Source: Octopus vulgaris
Lineage: Eukaryota
Length of the DNA stretch: 64,000 nt
Direction of reading: 5' to 3'
Assembly: GCA_951406725.2 (NCBI GenBank)
Contig: OX597836.1
Coordinates: 13,268,001 to 13,332,000 of the forward strand
Notes under the pieces: generated by a model
The model's database searches: none
What the model saw: the letters and a program-made list of their open reading frames with translations, nothing else
Told to the model about the DNA's origin: nothing
Shown here: in pieces, positions 26,806-42,378 of the stretch
Layout: the number at the start of each line of letters is the position of its first letter
Position numbering within the stretch: the stretch's first letter is position 1
Position numbers and translations under genes: made by a program

Positions 26806-27889
26806 GTAAGTATGTGGCATCTTCATAGATTTACTATTACAGTTGTTATTACTATTGCTGTTATTGCACTGTGTAACAAAATTCTTATAATTAAAATTTT
26901 TTTTTGTTAGTATTTGTTAGTGTTATTTCCTATTTGCTTCTGTCTAGAAATCAAAGGAAATGACTACTATTCCCTTCAGACTTTGCTTTTCTGATCTGGA
27001 CATCAACGTTTTTGAAGCTGACGTATTTTCCATTACATTTCAGACAGATTCAGCGCTGAGTTGCTGATGCAGAAACATCTTTACAGCTAATATTCTGCTC
27101 AGTACCACAAATCTGCTTGTCAGTTGCTTGACCATAACCACTTGAGCATGTCCCTTAGTGGCTGCCAATATGTTAATCATTGGTCATGAGCAGGAATAAT
27201 GGAAGAGCATCATAGCCCTGTGTTGTGAGGGATTCTTTGGAGTTTGAATAGATACTCTTTTACTCTTTTACTCTTTTATTTGTTTCAGTCATTTTGACTG
27301 CGGCCATGATGGAGCACCGCCTTTAGTCGAGCAAATCGACCCCGGGACTTATTCTTTGTAAGCCCAGTACTTATTCTATCGGTCTCTTTTGCCGAACCGC
27401 TAAGTGACGGAGACGTAAACACACCAGCATCGGTTGTCAAGCAATGCTAGGGGCACAAACACAGACAAACAAACACATACACACACATACATATATATAT
27501 ATATATACATACATATATACGACAGGCTTCTTTCAGTTTCCGTTTACTAAATCCACTCACAAGGCATTGGTCGGCCCGGGGCTATAGCAGAAGACACTTG
27601 CCCAAGATGCCACGCAGTGGGACTGAACTCGGAACCATGCGGTTGGTTAGCAAGCTACTTACCACACAGCCACTCCTGCGCCTATCACAACAAAAGCAAA
27701 GTTTGAAGGAAATATTAGCTATTTTCATACTTTTTAGGGGCAAACAAAACGGAAATAACAGATGCTACCCAGGGACAAAAATCGTGTTACACAGCAATTA
27801 TTGTGGTTAAAAGCAGTGTCTTAGCAGAATCGTGAGTGCGTCGAACAAAATGCTTGACAATATTCTTTTTGCTCCTTACGGTTTGAAGC

Positions 27890-28729
27890 TGAAAGGCAAA
27901 GTCGACCTCGGCAGAATTTGATCTCAGAATATGAAGACAGACGAAATACCTATTTCTTTACTACCCACAAGGGGCTAAACACAGAGGGGACAAACAAGGA
28001 CAGACGAAGGGATTAAGTCGATTACATCGACCCCAGTGCGTAACTGGTGCTTAATTTATCGACCCCGAAAGGATGAAAGGCAAAGTCGACCTCGGCGGAA
28101 TTTGAACTCAGAACGCAGCGGCAGACGAAATACCTATTTCTTTACTACCCACAAGGGGCTAAACTCAGGGGACGAACAATGACAGACAAAGGGATTAAGT
28201 CGATTACATCGACCCCAGTGCGTAACTGGTGCTTAATTTATCGAACCCGAAAGGATGAAAGGCAAAGTCGACCTCGGCGGAATTTGAACTCAGAACGTAG
28301 CGGCAGACGAAATACCTATTTCTTTACTACCCACAAGGGGCTAAACTCAGGGGACAAACAATGACAGACAAAGGGATTAAGTCGATTACATCGACCCCAG
28401 TGCGTAACTGGTGCTTAATTTATCGACCCCGAAAGGATGAAAGGCAAAGTCGACATCGGCGGAATTTGATCTCAGAATATGAAGACGGATAAAATACCTA
28501 TTTCTTTACTACCCACAAGGGGCTAAACACAGGGGACGAACAGTGACAGACAAAGGGATTAAGTCGATTACATCGACCCCAGTGCGTAACTGGTGCTTAA
28601 TTTATCAAACCCGAAAGGATGAAAGGCAAAGTCGACCTCGGCGGAATTTGAACTCAGAACACAGCGGCGGACGAAATGCCGCAAAGCATTCCGCCCGCGG
28701 CGTGCTAACGTTTCTGCTAGCTCACCGCC
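27890..28729 (-). mobile_element. SINE family B tandem array, about 4.5 units
   Basis: Same unit and junction in reverse orientation. Confidence 0.88.
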
Positions 28730-28865
28730 TTAAAATGGAAAAATAACATCTTAAAAGATTAAGAGAATATAGGAATAAAGAAAATGACAGAATACATAGA
28801 TAAAGTAGGAAACACCATAAAGTTTGTGATGTAAATCTCTGATTTTCTTGTCTTTTCTTTTGTAG

Positions 28866-28951
28866 TCAAATTGTGTCTTATTGGTTGTTGTTATCCGCAA
28901 GTTGTTCTCGGCCCAATGTGTACAAACGAAGACGGACAAAGAACGAATCAA
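28866..28951 (+). CDS. aGPCR exon 14 (TM5-ICL3)
   Basis: ttttgtag|...|gtaagt; SNCVLLVVVIRKLFSAQCVQTKTDKERI; phase 0-2. Confidence 0.95.
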
Positions 28952-29009
28952 GTAAGTAATGCATACATGTGTATGCACACACACAGACACACAGACACAC
29001 AGACACACA

Positions 29010-29068
<59 letters not shown>

Positions 29069-29611
29069 CACCAGAACCTACGTACGCACACATACGCATA
29101 CAGACAAAGGACTTAAGATGAGAGCAATAATAAATCTGAAGTGAAGAACGAATATATAATGTGTGAGTTTATTTGGCTAGAAAAAAAAAGATGACCGACC
29201 CGACATATAACAATATTTGTTTCATCACACGATTTCACATCAGGAATCTTGCAGAACATCTTGCATATATGCGCACATGTTTCTATAAAATCATGATTTT
29301 TTATGAACTTAAACTAATTATTGAATTTATTTTACTACCTATATCGAATGCCTTTGTGTAAACTGTTTAAACAAACAGCCCCTCTTAACATTTTCTTATC
29401 GTTGTCAAAGACTATATCATTGTATTTTAATACATCTATGATAACCATTTTTTAACACAACAAAGGCTTCGCAAGCCTTACATTTTACTTTTGAAAATTA
29501 TTTTTTTAAAAAAGTGAAACCGGTCAGTAAACATCTTTAAAAGACCTCTGCATTTTCAAACCCTCTTCCCTATACATTTTCGCTCGTGCGGGACCTTTCA
29601 ATTTTACTTTG

Positions 29612-29688
<77 letters not shown>

Positions 29689-30162
29689 TGTATGTATGTA
29701 TGTATGTATGTATGTAGCTATCTATCTATCTATCTCTCTTTATATATATATAGATAGATAGCTACATACATACATACATACATACACATACACACACATG
29801 TATATATATCTATGTATATAAATTAGAGAAGAGCCACCATGTAGCAATTCAACAATGGAATAACAATGATATAATTAAATTATACCATATAGAAAAAATT
29901 AAATATACGATAAAACATAGACCAATAATTAAGTAAAGTAAAAATGATAAATAAATAAATAGTATATCATTGTTATTTCATTGTTGAATTGCTACATGGT
30001 GGTTCTTCTCTAATTTATATACATATATTATATATTGTGAAATTTGATTTAGTATTACTAAATTGAATTTTTCCCTGTAAGTTTGGAATAATATTCCCTA
30101 ATAATATATATATATATATATACATTTATAAACATTATATCTTTGTTTTTTTTTCTTCTCAG

Positions 30163-30289
30163 AACTGGAGCGATCGCTTTAGCTGGAATGATACCATTGT
30201 TTGGAATTTCCTGGGTATTTGGCTTACTTTCCATAAACGAGAACCTCATCGTATTTGATTACCTGTTTGTTATCTTCAATTCATTACAG
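30163..30289 (+). CDS. aGPCR exon 15 (TM6-TM7)
   Basis: cttctcag|...|gtaagt; KTGAIALAGMIPLFGISWVFGLLSINENLIVFDYLFVIFNSLQ; phase 2-0. Confidence 0.97.
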
Positions 30290-30863
30290 GTAAGTTCAAG
30301 GTGGAACGATTTAATATTCAGCGGGCTACCTCAATTCTTTGTATGAAAATAGAGAATTTTGTGTACTAGGGCCCTTGTAATACTAGCTCCCACCCTCGCT
30401 CATAACTGCAGGCCTTGTGCCTATAATAGGAAGGGTCATTATATTTATTGTTTTCATTGTTTCCCCCGGTGCACCAGTCACGACTGACATTATTTGTCTT
30501 CTGGTGCTACATCCTGCTTATTTCAATTTCCAGGACATTCTTCTTCTTCTTCTTCTTCTTCTTCTTCTTCTTCTTCTTCTTCTTCTTCTTCTTCTTCTTC
30601 TTCTTCTTCTTCTTCTTCTTCTTCTTCTTCTTCTTCTTCCTCCTTAAGGCGGCGGCGAACTGGCAGAATCGTTAGCATGCCGGGCAAAATACTTACCGGC
30701 ATTTCGTCCGTCCTTGCCTCTGAGTCCAAATTCTGCTGAGGTCGACTTTGCCTTTAATCCTTTTCGGGGGTCGATAAATTAAGTACCAGTGAAACACTGG
30801 GGTCGATATAATTGACTAGGCCTCTCACCCCAAATTTTAGGCCTTGTGTCTCCAGTAGAAAGG

Positions 30864-31286
<423 letters not shown>

Positions 31287-31648
31287 GAGTGAGAGAGCAG
31301 TGCATGTCATCAAAGTGAGACTGGGGTAAAATATACGAAACCCAGTATACCTATCATGGCTACCTCTCTGATGAGGGTACACCAGGTTTATGCATCACAA
31401 ACATTGCGCTCTCGATCGTAAGGTTGCGGTTTCGATTCCAGGACTGGGTGGTGTGTTGTGTTCTTGAGCGAAAGACTTCATTTCACGTTGCACCAGTCCA
31501 TTCTTTTGTAAAAGAGTAAATACTATGCCGCATTGGCGTCCCGTTGGGGGAAAATGTTGTGACCTCGGTCTCTTATACGTCATGCAAACCGGATAACCGG
31601 CTATTTGAGCTCTTACTTTCATAATCATATCTTTATTTCTTTACGCAG

Positions 31649-31690
31649 GGACTGTTCATTTTCATTTTCCACTGTGTCGTTTCAAAACAC
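31649..31690 (+). CDS. aGPCR exon 16 (end of TM7)
   Basis: ttacgcag|...|gtaagt; GLFIFIFHCVVSKH; phase 0-0. Confidence 0.96.
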
Positions 31691-32128
31691 GTAAGTATAC
31701 GCTTCACAACTTTACTATACGCTTCTCTGCTATGACACATTTATGATTGCTTAAAACAATAGAACGTCAACCTCCAGAGCTAAAGTGAAAAGCGGTTCGT
31801 GATGTAACTGGGGTAGTGAGCAGGGGGGGGGTCACTATACTCCGTTGAGAAATAATGGATAAATCCACCTTAACCTTTTAGCATTTAAGTTGGCCATATC
31901 CAGCCAAAAAATATTCTCCTACTTTTATGTGCAAACTGGTTAGACCTGACCTCTCACACCAACCCTAAAATATGATTCTAAAAATTAACTGTTATCTCTT
32001 CGAAATCTCTGAGCTTCAACATAATACATGGTTAATTCAAAGCAATGTAAATAAATATGCTTTACATTTGACAGAGCAACCTGAATGCTAAAGGGTTAAA
32101 TCGTCTGCCATCTTAAAAGGACACAGAC

Positions 32129-32166
<38 letters not shown>

Positions 32167-32168
32167 GC

Positions 32169-32209
<41 letters not shown>

Positions 32210-32300
32210 GGCAGATAGATAGATAGACAGACAGACAGATAGATAGATACATAGACAGACAGACAGACAGATAGATAGATACATAGACAGACAGACAGAC

Positions 32301-32339
<39 letters not shown>

Positions 32340-32404
32340 CAGACAGATAGATAGATAGATAGACAGACAGACAAAAAGATAGATAGATAGATAGATAGAC
32401 ATAC

Positions 32405-32500
<96 letters not shown>

Positions 32501-32593
32501 TGACAGATAGATAGATAGATAGATAATGGTTACTGTATGCAGACTGCATGGAAAAAAAATAACGGGTTAGTCATTTGCTTGAATGCGTTTGGT

Positions 32594-32683
<90 letters not shown>

Positions 32684-32685
<2 letters not shown>

Positions 32686-33060
32686 CGCAGGAGTGGCTGT
32701 GTGGTAAGTAGCTTGCTAACCAACCACACAGTTACGGGTTCAGTCCCACTGCGTGGCATCTTGGGCAAGTGTCTTCTGCTATAGCCCCGGGCCGACCAAT
32801 GCCTTGTGAGTGGATTTGGTAGACGGAAACTGAAAGAAGCCCGTCGTATATATGTATATATATATATATATGTGTATGTGTGTGTATTTGTGTGTGTGTG
32901 TTTATCCCCCTAGCATTGCTTGACAACCGATGCTGGTGTGTTTACGTCCCCGTCACTTAGCGGTTCGGCAAAAAGAGACCGATAGAATAAGTACTAAAAG
33001 GTGGTGCTCCAGCATGGCCGCAGTCAAATGACTGAAACAAGTAAAAGAGAGAGTAAAAGA

Positions 33061-33062
<2 letters not shown>
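32684..33062 (+). mobile_element. tRNA-derived SINE family A (internal microsatellite, aaaagagt tail); representative copy
   Basis: Head ggcgcaggagtggctgtgtggtaag...ggttcagtccc (A/B boxes). Other copies near 714(+), 9580-10295(+), 13551(+), 15138(+), 19982-20354(-), 27253-27682(-), 34050(+), 38880-39315(-), 41070(-), 48670-49268(-), 52702(+), 55293-55702(+), 55838-56303(-), 59940(-). Confidence 0.9.
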
Positions 33063-33138
<76 letters not shown>

Positions 33139-34247
33139 ATATATGTATATATATGTATATATACCAAAATAAGCAACAGTATAATTGAAAGAAATACGGG
33201 TGTTTGTACAGTTGTGTGAATTAGTGCGGACTATAAGTGGATAGAAAAAGTTGAAGGCGGCGAACTGGCAGAAACGTTAGCACGCCGGGCGAAATGTATA
33301 GCGGTATTTCGCCTGCCGTTACATTCTGAGTTCAAATTCCTCCGAGGTCCACTTTGCCTTTCATCGTTTCGGGTTCGATAAATTAAGTATACGCACTGGG
33401 CTCGATGTAATTGACTTAACTCCTTTGTCTCTCCTTGTTTGTCCCCTCTATGTTTAGCCCCCCTATGGGAAATAAAGAAATAAGAAAAAGTTGAAGGGTC
33501 TTTTTAGACCCAATATGTCCGACGTGTTATTTACATTTTTATGTGCTTCGAGATACACTCTTCCAAAATGAATTATTTCACGTTCTGTAGATAGTTTTTA
33601 ACTTATGACGTCAACAACATAAACTTCTCGCTGGTGAGAATAAATTTTTTTAAATGAAGAGCAAAACTCGAAGGGTTACGTTGGTCCAGTCGTTGAACAA
33701 ATGTCACATTTACCGCAGATTCTGGTTCGTATCCTATGGCCAGCCTTCAAACCTATTTGAGTTTTCCCATCAAAGGTATTTTTGTTTTTTAGCTCCAATA
33801 TCCACAAATTTATTCATAGCTTTATTTGCTGTGAAATTCACTGTTTCAAAACAGAATTATTTCACGTTCCTTCGAAAGTTTCTAATTTCGTAAGTCAAAG
33901 ACTTAAATCAGTATCTGACTCACTCCTTCTGCTGCACAATATAAACTCGTTGATGCAAGCGCTACGTTTCGGCTGGATTGATTTCTAGTAGGAAGTCAAT
34001 GTTTTAATTTACCCACCATATTTACTTACTTAATGTTTAATGATATAAGCGCAGATATGGCTATGTGGTAAAGAAGCTCGCTTTGCAACTACATGGTTTC
34101 GGGTTCCGTTCCACTGCTTGGCACCATGAGTAGGTGTCCTCTACTATAGTCCAAGGCCGACCAATCCCTTGTGAGTGAATTTCAGAAGCAAGACTTGTCT
34201 TGAATAATGTTGAGTTAAATATGGCGTTTGCAATTTTATACTTTCAG

Positions 34248-34319
34248 TTCCGAAAAGCATTCAGAGACACATTCAAGAAACGTGCATTCACTACCCTCAC
34301 CAGCAGGTCAAAGACACAG
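34248..34319 (+). CDS. aGPCR exon 17 (helix 8 / C tail)
   Basis: actttcag|...|gtaagg; FRKAFRDTFKKRAFTTLTSRSKTQ; phase 0-0. Confidence 0.9.
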
Positions 34320-35102
34320 GTAAGGAATCAGTCATCCATCTTGATGTTTCATTAGAATTGTTTTCCAAGAACATGGCAGCAGGTTGGCTTAATCAATAAT
34401 GCGTCGAACAAAATGTATAGCGGCATTTCTTCTATCTCTTTACGTTCCGAGATCACATGTCACCGAGGTCTACTTTTTCTTTCATCCTTTTGAGGTTGAG
34501 CACCGGGAGTCGATGTTATCGACTTCTCCCTTCCCTCAAAATTGCCGGCCTTGTGCCAAAATTTGAAAGGATGTGCAGCTTTATATGCATATATATATAT
34601 GGGGCGCAATGGCCCAGTGGTTAGGGCAGTGGACTCGCGGTCGGAGGATCGCGGTTTCGATTCCCAGACCGGGCGTTGTGTGTGTGTTTATTGAGCGAAA
34701 ACACCTAAAGGTTCCACGAGGCTCTGGCAGGGGGTGGTAGTGACCCCTGTTGTACTCTTTCGCCCTAAGTTTCTCTCACTCTTTCTTTCTGTTTCTTAAG
34801 TAACGCTGCGATGGACTGGCATCCCGTCCAGCTGGGGGGAACACATACTCCACAGAAACCGGGAAACCGAGTCCATGAGCCTGGCTAGGATTGAAAAGGG
34901 CGCATACAAAAATATATGCACATACACACAGAGACTCAGCAATATGAGCGCATACAAAGATATATATGTATGTGTATGTGCTTTTTATTAAAGTGGAATA
35001 ATGTTCCAAAACTGTTACTCAGAGTTTCCCATTACCGTTCGTCGGACAGTTGTGATCATAATTCTATGATCATTTTTCGGTTTCAATCAAACTATAAAAT
35101 CT

Positions 35103-35331
<229 letters not shown>

Positions 35332-35332
35332 C

Positions 35333-35400
<68 letters not shown>

Positions 35401-35457
35401 ATGTTTGCACACACATGTAGATATACATGAATACAGTTTTTCTTTCATCTATTTCAG

Positions 35458-35493
35458 GATACTAAATTAAAGAAATCTTCAAGTTACCAGAAT
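35458..35493 (+). CDS. aGPCR exon 18 (C tail, 36 nt)
   Basis: ctatttcag|...|gtaagt; [12 protein letters not shown]; phase 0-0. Confidence 0.8.
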
Positions 35494-35922
35494 GTAAGTA
35501 CTGTTTTTGGTCCACCCCTACTTTTCTCTCATGGTTTGCTACCTGTACTTCATGTGATCGACAGTTTTTACTCCTGTTCTTCATAATATTCATGATAACT
35601 ACCCCTGTTTCCCAAAGCTCGAACCTAAAGAAAACTACAAATGTTTATAAGAAAAGGCTAAATGACTCCACTCTTCTCCCTTTATTACATTACTGGTGGT
35701 ATGATCAAAATTCATATATACATACATACATACATACATAGATCTGGATGCATATACGCACATACATGAAAACACACAGACACGTATTCATTTATTCTTA
35801 AACAAGAATATTGTCGACATGTTTAAGAATAAGTTTACGTAAATTTCACAAAAATATAGAGTAACCCCTCATATTAATGTATATATATAAATATAAATAT
35901 CAATATATATATATACACATAA

Positions 35923-35993
<71 letters not shown>

Positions 35994-36037
35994 TATCCAT
36001 ACATATTCACATAGATATGTATGTATATATGTATGTG

Positions 36038-36157
<120 letters not shown>

Positions 36158-36269
36158 CATATATATCCAACATATCCCTACATATCTCACATCTATTTTC
36201 TTTCCTCCACCTCACTCTCTATTTTCTATCCTATCTAAATTAACTATTACTTAACCATCTTCTCATACC

Positions 36270-36317
36270 GTCTCCGAAGAAGGGATATAATAAATATCCT
36301 GGAAACAGCTGTAAGAC
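36270..36317 (+). ncRNA. Minimal type-I hammerhead motif with U4C core variant
   Basis: GTCT-CCGAAGA-AGGGATAT-AATAA-ATATCCTG-GAAAC-AGCT-GTA-AGAC; stem I GTCT/AGAC; palindromic stem III ACAGCTGT. Confidence 0.72.
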
Positions 36318-36372
36318 CTTCTATCTATAAATGTTCTAATATCTACATAGCCTTGGTTTTTTTATCTCATTA

Positions 36373-36461
<89 letters not shown>

Positions 36462-36462
36462 G

Positions 36463-36534
<72 letters not shown>

Positions 36535-36692
36535 AATATTTGTTGTGCAAGATTTTTTATGTGAAGTCGTGTGTTGAAACAGATATTGTTATATTTCGGA
36601 ATGGTCATATTGCCAGTTTAGCAAAATAACACCAAATATATAGTGCGTGTGTTTTTATTGGCTAAACTGGCAATATGACCATTCCGAAATAT

Positions 36693-36738
<46 letters not shown>

Positions 36739-37586
36739 GCACACACACACATGTATATTTATGGCCACTTAAACGTAGATGTTCTATTAGGACAAACTAT
36801 ACAGCTGTAGTTACCATGATAGAATGCTCTCATATTGGCTTTTGGTGCAAAATGCACTCTCCTTTATACCCGGCAGGGGATGGTGGTGATCCCTGCTGTA
36901 CTCTTTCACCACAACTTTCTCTCACTCTTACTTCCTGTTTCTGTTGTACCTGTATTTCAAAGGGCCGGCCTTGTCACTCTCTGTGTCACGCTGAATATCC
37001 CCGAGAACTACGTTAAGGGTGCACGTGTCTGTGGAGTGCTCAGCCACTTACACGTTAATTTCCTGAGCAGGCTGTTCCGTTGATTCGGATCAACCGGAAC
37101 CCTCATCGTCGTAACCGACGGAGTGCTTCCACTATGATACGGAAACGTTTTTGACATTGTAATAAATTCCGAAGCAGCTCCTGTAGTTCCTGCACAGGGA
37201 AAGGCATCTCCGATGCTTATTTCCCCTCTGTGTACTTCTATATGGTTTTATCAATATTTAAATATTGATATTCCAAAAAATTCCAACCGGGGCTCATATG
37301 GCCTTTTGTAGTGGGATCCACATAAGATTTAGTTGCTAAAATTCATCTGCAATAAATCTGTTACACTTCTACAATTCACAAAATATCTTAATTTTCTTTT
37401 CATGCAATTCCTAATAATATGAGACTCTAAGAATATAATAGGATTTTTTTAAACATCGAATGAGGATACTGCCAAATAAAACAGGAATCTTGAGAGTGCG
37501 TAGATTAAAAATGCTTAAGGAACACTGACTTGTATTCTTTGTGTTGACTATTTTTAATTATTATTATTATTATATTATTTCTTCAG

Positions 37587-37631
37587 AGATTAGAAGATGA
37601 TGGTGACCTACCGGATTATTTATGCCTAGAC
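37587..37631 (+). CDS. aGPCR exon 19 (C tail, 45 nt)
   Basis: tttcttcag|...|gtaagt; RLEDDGDLPDYLCLD; phase 0-0. Confidence 0.8.
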
Positions 37632-38215
37632 GTAAGTATTTCAAACTTTCATACACATACATACATGCATACATACATATATGCATACATACGTGTATAC
37701 ATACATACATACATACATACATACATACATACATGCGTGTATACATACATACATACATACATGCATACATACATACATACATATATCCATACATACATGC
37801 ATACATACATACATGAATACATACATACATGCATGCATACATAGGTGAATACATACATACATGCATACATTCATACATATATGCATACATGCATGCATAC
37901 ATACATACATGCATACATACATACATAATACATGCATACATACATACATGCATGCATACATACATATATACATGCATGCATGCATACATACATACATATA
38001 TACATGCATGCATGCATGCATACATACATGCATACATATATACATACATACATGCATACATACATGAATACATACATACATATATACCTGCATGCTTGCA
38101 TACATACGTACACACATATATACATATACACACACATACACAGACATATATATATATATACAAATAGATAGATATATGCATACATATATACACACAAACA
38201 AACATACATACTTAC

Positions 38216-38246
<31 letters not shown>

Positions 38247-38776
38247 CATACATACATACATACATACATACATACATACATACATACAGTTCAAATCCCG
38301 CCGTGGTTGACTTTGCCTTTCACCCTCTTTTAGGGTAAATAAAACAAGTACAAGTTAAGCACTGGGGTCAATGTAATCGACTTACCCCCCTTCCCCACCC
38401 TCCGAAATTGCTGGCCTTGTGCCAAAATTTGAAACCATTTTAAGAGCAGCTGGCAGATAGAATCGTCACAACACCGGGAAAGATGCTCAGCGGCGTTTCG
38501 TTCTTTACGTTCTGAGTTCAAATTCCGCCCAGGTCGACTTTGCCTTTGATATCCTTTTAGGGTCGATAAAATAAATATCAGTTAAGCTCTGGGAGGGGGG
38601 GGGGTCAATGCAATCGATTTACCCCCCCCCCCCCCTCCCATCCCCGCTTCACCCAAAGTGCTGGTCTTGTGTCAAACTTTGAAACCAATATGAAGTAAAT
38701 TTCTGAAAATATCTGAGGACTAATTTGACTTCCAGCTATGTAACAATGTCTGACAATTTGCTTTCTTATTTTGCAG

Positions 38777-38803
38777 TCGTTATCAAACAGCCAAGACGCA
38801 GAC
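38777..38803 (+). CDS. aGPCR exon 20 (C tail microexon, 27 nt)
   Basis: attttgcag|...|gtaagt; SLSNSQDAD; phase 0-0. Confidence 0.75.
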
Positions 38804-39106
38804 GTAAGTTCATCTTTCTTAACTCTTTCATCCTCACCTCCATTTTGCCTCTTTACTCTTTTTACTCTTCTTTTTTATTTTTTACTCTTTTTTTTTTACT
38901 TGTTTCAGTCATTTGACTGCGACCATGCTGGAGCACCGCCTTTTTAATCGAGCAACTCGACCCCCCGGGGACTTATTCTTTTGTAAGCCCAGTACTTATT
39001 CTATCGGGCTCTTTTGCCGAACCGCTAAGTAACGGGGACATAAACACACCAGCATCGGTTGTCAAGCAATGCTAGGGGGACAAACACAGACACACAAACA
39101 CGCACA

Positions 39107-39152
<46 letters not shown>

Positions 39153-39748
39153 TACGACGGGCTTCTTTCAGTTTCCGTCAACCAAATCCACTCACAAGGC
39201 TTTGGTCGGCCCGAGGCTAAAATAGAAGACACTTGCTCAGGGTGCCACGAAGTGGGACTGAACCCGGAACAATGTAGTTGGTAAGCAAGCTACTTACCAC
39301 ACAGCCACTCCTGCCTCTTTCTTCTCTTCTGCATTGTTCAAGAGGACTGCATCGTTCAGGTTAACATATACTTTGCATGCTATAAACGGCTTTATCGATC
39401 GCATTCTCACCTGGCATCGATTTTTGTAATTTTTTCAAGACTTATACACACCCTGATACCGTCGGTATCTACATATTAAATTTGAGCGCAATCAGATGGA
39501 GGATGCCCGAGATCCTGGAAGACACACACACAGACAGACAGAACGGATTTTATATATTAGTATAAGCTTTCAGATACATCTTTAGGATGATGATGATGAT
39601 GATGATGATGATAGTGGTGGCGGCGGCGGCGGTGGTGGTTATGTAGTTGATAATAGTGACGACGATGATGATTACCAATATACAACAAAGAGGCGAGGTG
39701 GTAGAATTATTATTTGTGCGTCGAACAAAATGCTCAACGGTATAAGAA

Positions 39749-40330
39749 GGCGGCGAGTTGGCAGAATCGCTAGCACGCCGGGCGAAATGCTTAGCGGTAT
39801 TTCGTCTGCCGTTACGTTCTGAGTTCAAATTCCGCCGAGGTCGACTTTGCCTTTCATCCTGTCGAGGTCTATTAAATAAGTACCAGTTACGCACTGGGGT
39901 CGATGTAATCGACTTAATCCGTTTGTCTATCCTTGTTTGTCCCCTCTGTGTTTAGCCCCTTGTGGGTAGTAAAGAAATAGGTATTTCGTCTGTCTTTACG
40001 TTCTGAGTTCAAATTCCGCCGATGTCGACTTTGCCTTTCATCCTTTCGGGGTCGATTAAATAAGTACCAGTTACGCACTGGGTTCGATATAATCGACTTA
40101 ATCCGTTTGTCTGTCCTTGTTTGTCCCCTCTGTGTTTAGCTCCTTGTGGGTAGTAAAGAAATAGGTATTTCGTCTGTCTTTACGTTCTGAGTTCAAATTC
40201 CGCCGAGGTCGACTTTGCCTTTCATCCTTTCGGGGTCGATTAAATAAGTACCAGTTACGCACTGGGGTCGCTATAATCGACTTAATCCGTTTGTCTGTCC
40301 TTGTTTGTCCCCTCTCTGTGTAGTAAACAA
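39749..40330 (+). mobile_element. SINE family B tandem array, 3 units
   Basis: Same unit and junction. Further copies near 2350(-), 7366, 8690-9060, 17780(-), 30648, 33256 (TSD agaaaaagttgaagg), 38290, 47105-48106, 61974. Confidence 0.88.
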
Positions 40331-40416
40331 ATAGGTACAAGAAACCAAGATATCTTGTATAGCGACATTTTGTTACTTTCTTTGATATGATAATTTCCTT
40401 TTACTGTTTCCTTCAG

Positions 40417-40503
40417 TGTTACGAGGTCACAAACAGCACACAGGGAAACAATTGGGGCCATACGAATCAAAATTTTGAGAATGATAGCAGCTGGGACATA
40501 CCG
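40417..40503 (+). CDS. aGPCR exon 21 (C tail)
   Basis: ttccttcag|...|gtaagt; CYEVTNSTQGNNWGHTNQNFENDSSWDIP; phase 0-0. Confidence 0.82.
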
Positions 40504-40715
40504 GTAAGTAATTCAATGTTGATTTCCCTCCTTTTCGTATCAAAATCATTCATTTTGTTTTGAGAATAGGTTTTCATTTTATCATTTCCTTTTAGTCAAA
40601 CAAATCGGTCTCAGGGCTTTTATTTCAAATCTGGTATACTTGTCACTTTTCCTGAAACTGCTAAATTACCAGGATACAAACAAACCAACACCTATTATCA
40701 AGCGATCGGGCTGTA

Positions 40716-40763
<48 letters not shown>

Positions 40764-40785
40764 AATGTATGTATATGTATGTATG

Positions 40786-40817
<32 letters not shown>

Positions 40818-40829
40818 TAAATGTATGTA

Positions 40830-41031
<202 letters not shown>

Positions 41032-42194
41032 TATACACGCACACGCACACATACAATATATGTATATATCTTTTACTTGTTTCAGTCATTGGATTGCAGC
41101 CATGCTGGGGCACCATCTTGAGGATCTTTATTTCAACTAATCGACCTCAGGACTTATCTTCTTTTTTAAGCCCAATACTTATTCTATCGTCTTTTTGCCT
41201 AATCGCCAAGTTACGGGGACATAAACACACCAACACCGGCTGTCAGTGGGTGGGTAGGAGACAAACACTGACATAAAGGCGTACACACACACACACACAC
41301 ACACACATACATAGGACGGGCCTCTTTCAGTTTTCATCACCCAAATCCAATTGCAAAGCTTTGGTCGGCCCTATAATCGAAGTCCCTTGCCCCAGGTGCC
41401 TCGCAGTGGAATTGAACCAGAAACCACGTTGCAAAGCGAATTGCTTAACCACACAACCATGCCTACACCCATTATAAAGAGCTTTTATTTTCTGGACTAA
41501 CAATTTCTTTTTTTCAATGTAAATTTATTATATACTTTGATTGGCTCGTTAACCCCTCTTAGTCCGTTGGTAGGACGACGAAACTCAAACCAGCAACTCT
41601 CCTAATCCAAGGGAATGTCCTAAGGGGATGGGGTGTCTATTTTTTTAAGGGTCGCCTGACTGGAGCCCCAGCAACCCATCTATTTTTACTGCATTTTAAA
41701 CTAAATATATTGCACTGGTGACTAAATTGGAGCAATGACAATGAACTTCATACCATGAAATCCCAGGGAGTATCATCGTAAGGAGGTTCAATTTCAGAAG
41801 GGCTATTTAAAGGGATCCCTACTGACCCCACCACCCATTGTTACTGCAGTTATATCGCCCCTACGCTTATTGGTTTAACTATGATCAGCATCAGTGCTTA
41901 GCACAATTGTAGAAGTATGCTTCATTACAGAAGGGTAGAGGGCTGCAAAGGGGCCCGATAGTGGGTCTCCAAGGTACCCTCTGCAGGAGCACACCCGAAT
42001 GCCATCCACAGGGCCGCTTCAAGGTTAGAAATATTCAATTTAAGATTTTTTAAACATCGAATTACTATGAAGGTCCGCCCGAGTAAAAAAAAAAGGAATC
42101 AAAAGGACCCGAAGGGATCTGTAGATAAAAACGAGGTTGGGACACACTGTTTTATACAGTATTTCTATCTCATTCTCTACAATTTCTTTTACAG

Positions 42195-42251
42195 ATGGGG
42201 GAATATTCAAATTCAGGTGTGCCTCATCAAAGGCAAATGCAGCCAATGAAT
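42195..42251 (+). CDS. aGPCR exon 22 (C tail)
   Basis: cttttacag|...|gtaagt; MGEYSNSGVPHQRQMQPMN; phase 0-0. Confidence 0.8.
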
Positions 42252-42316
42252 GTAAGTAAATCTTGTTATACCTTTTGTCTTTTCTCAGTACTGGGGCTGA
42301 CCTACAGATACTTGGG

Positions 42317-42378
<62 letters not shown>

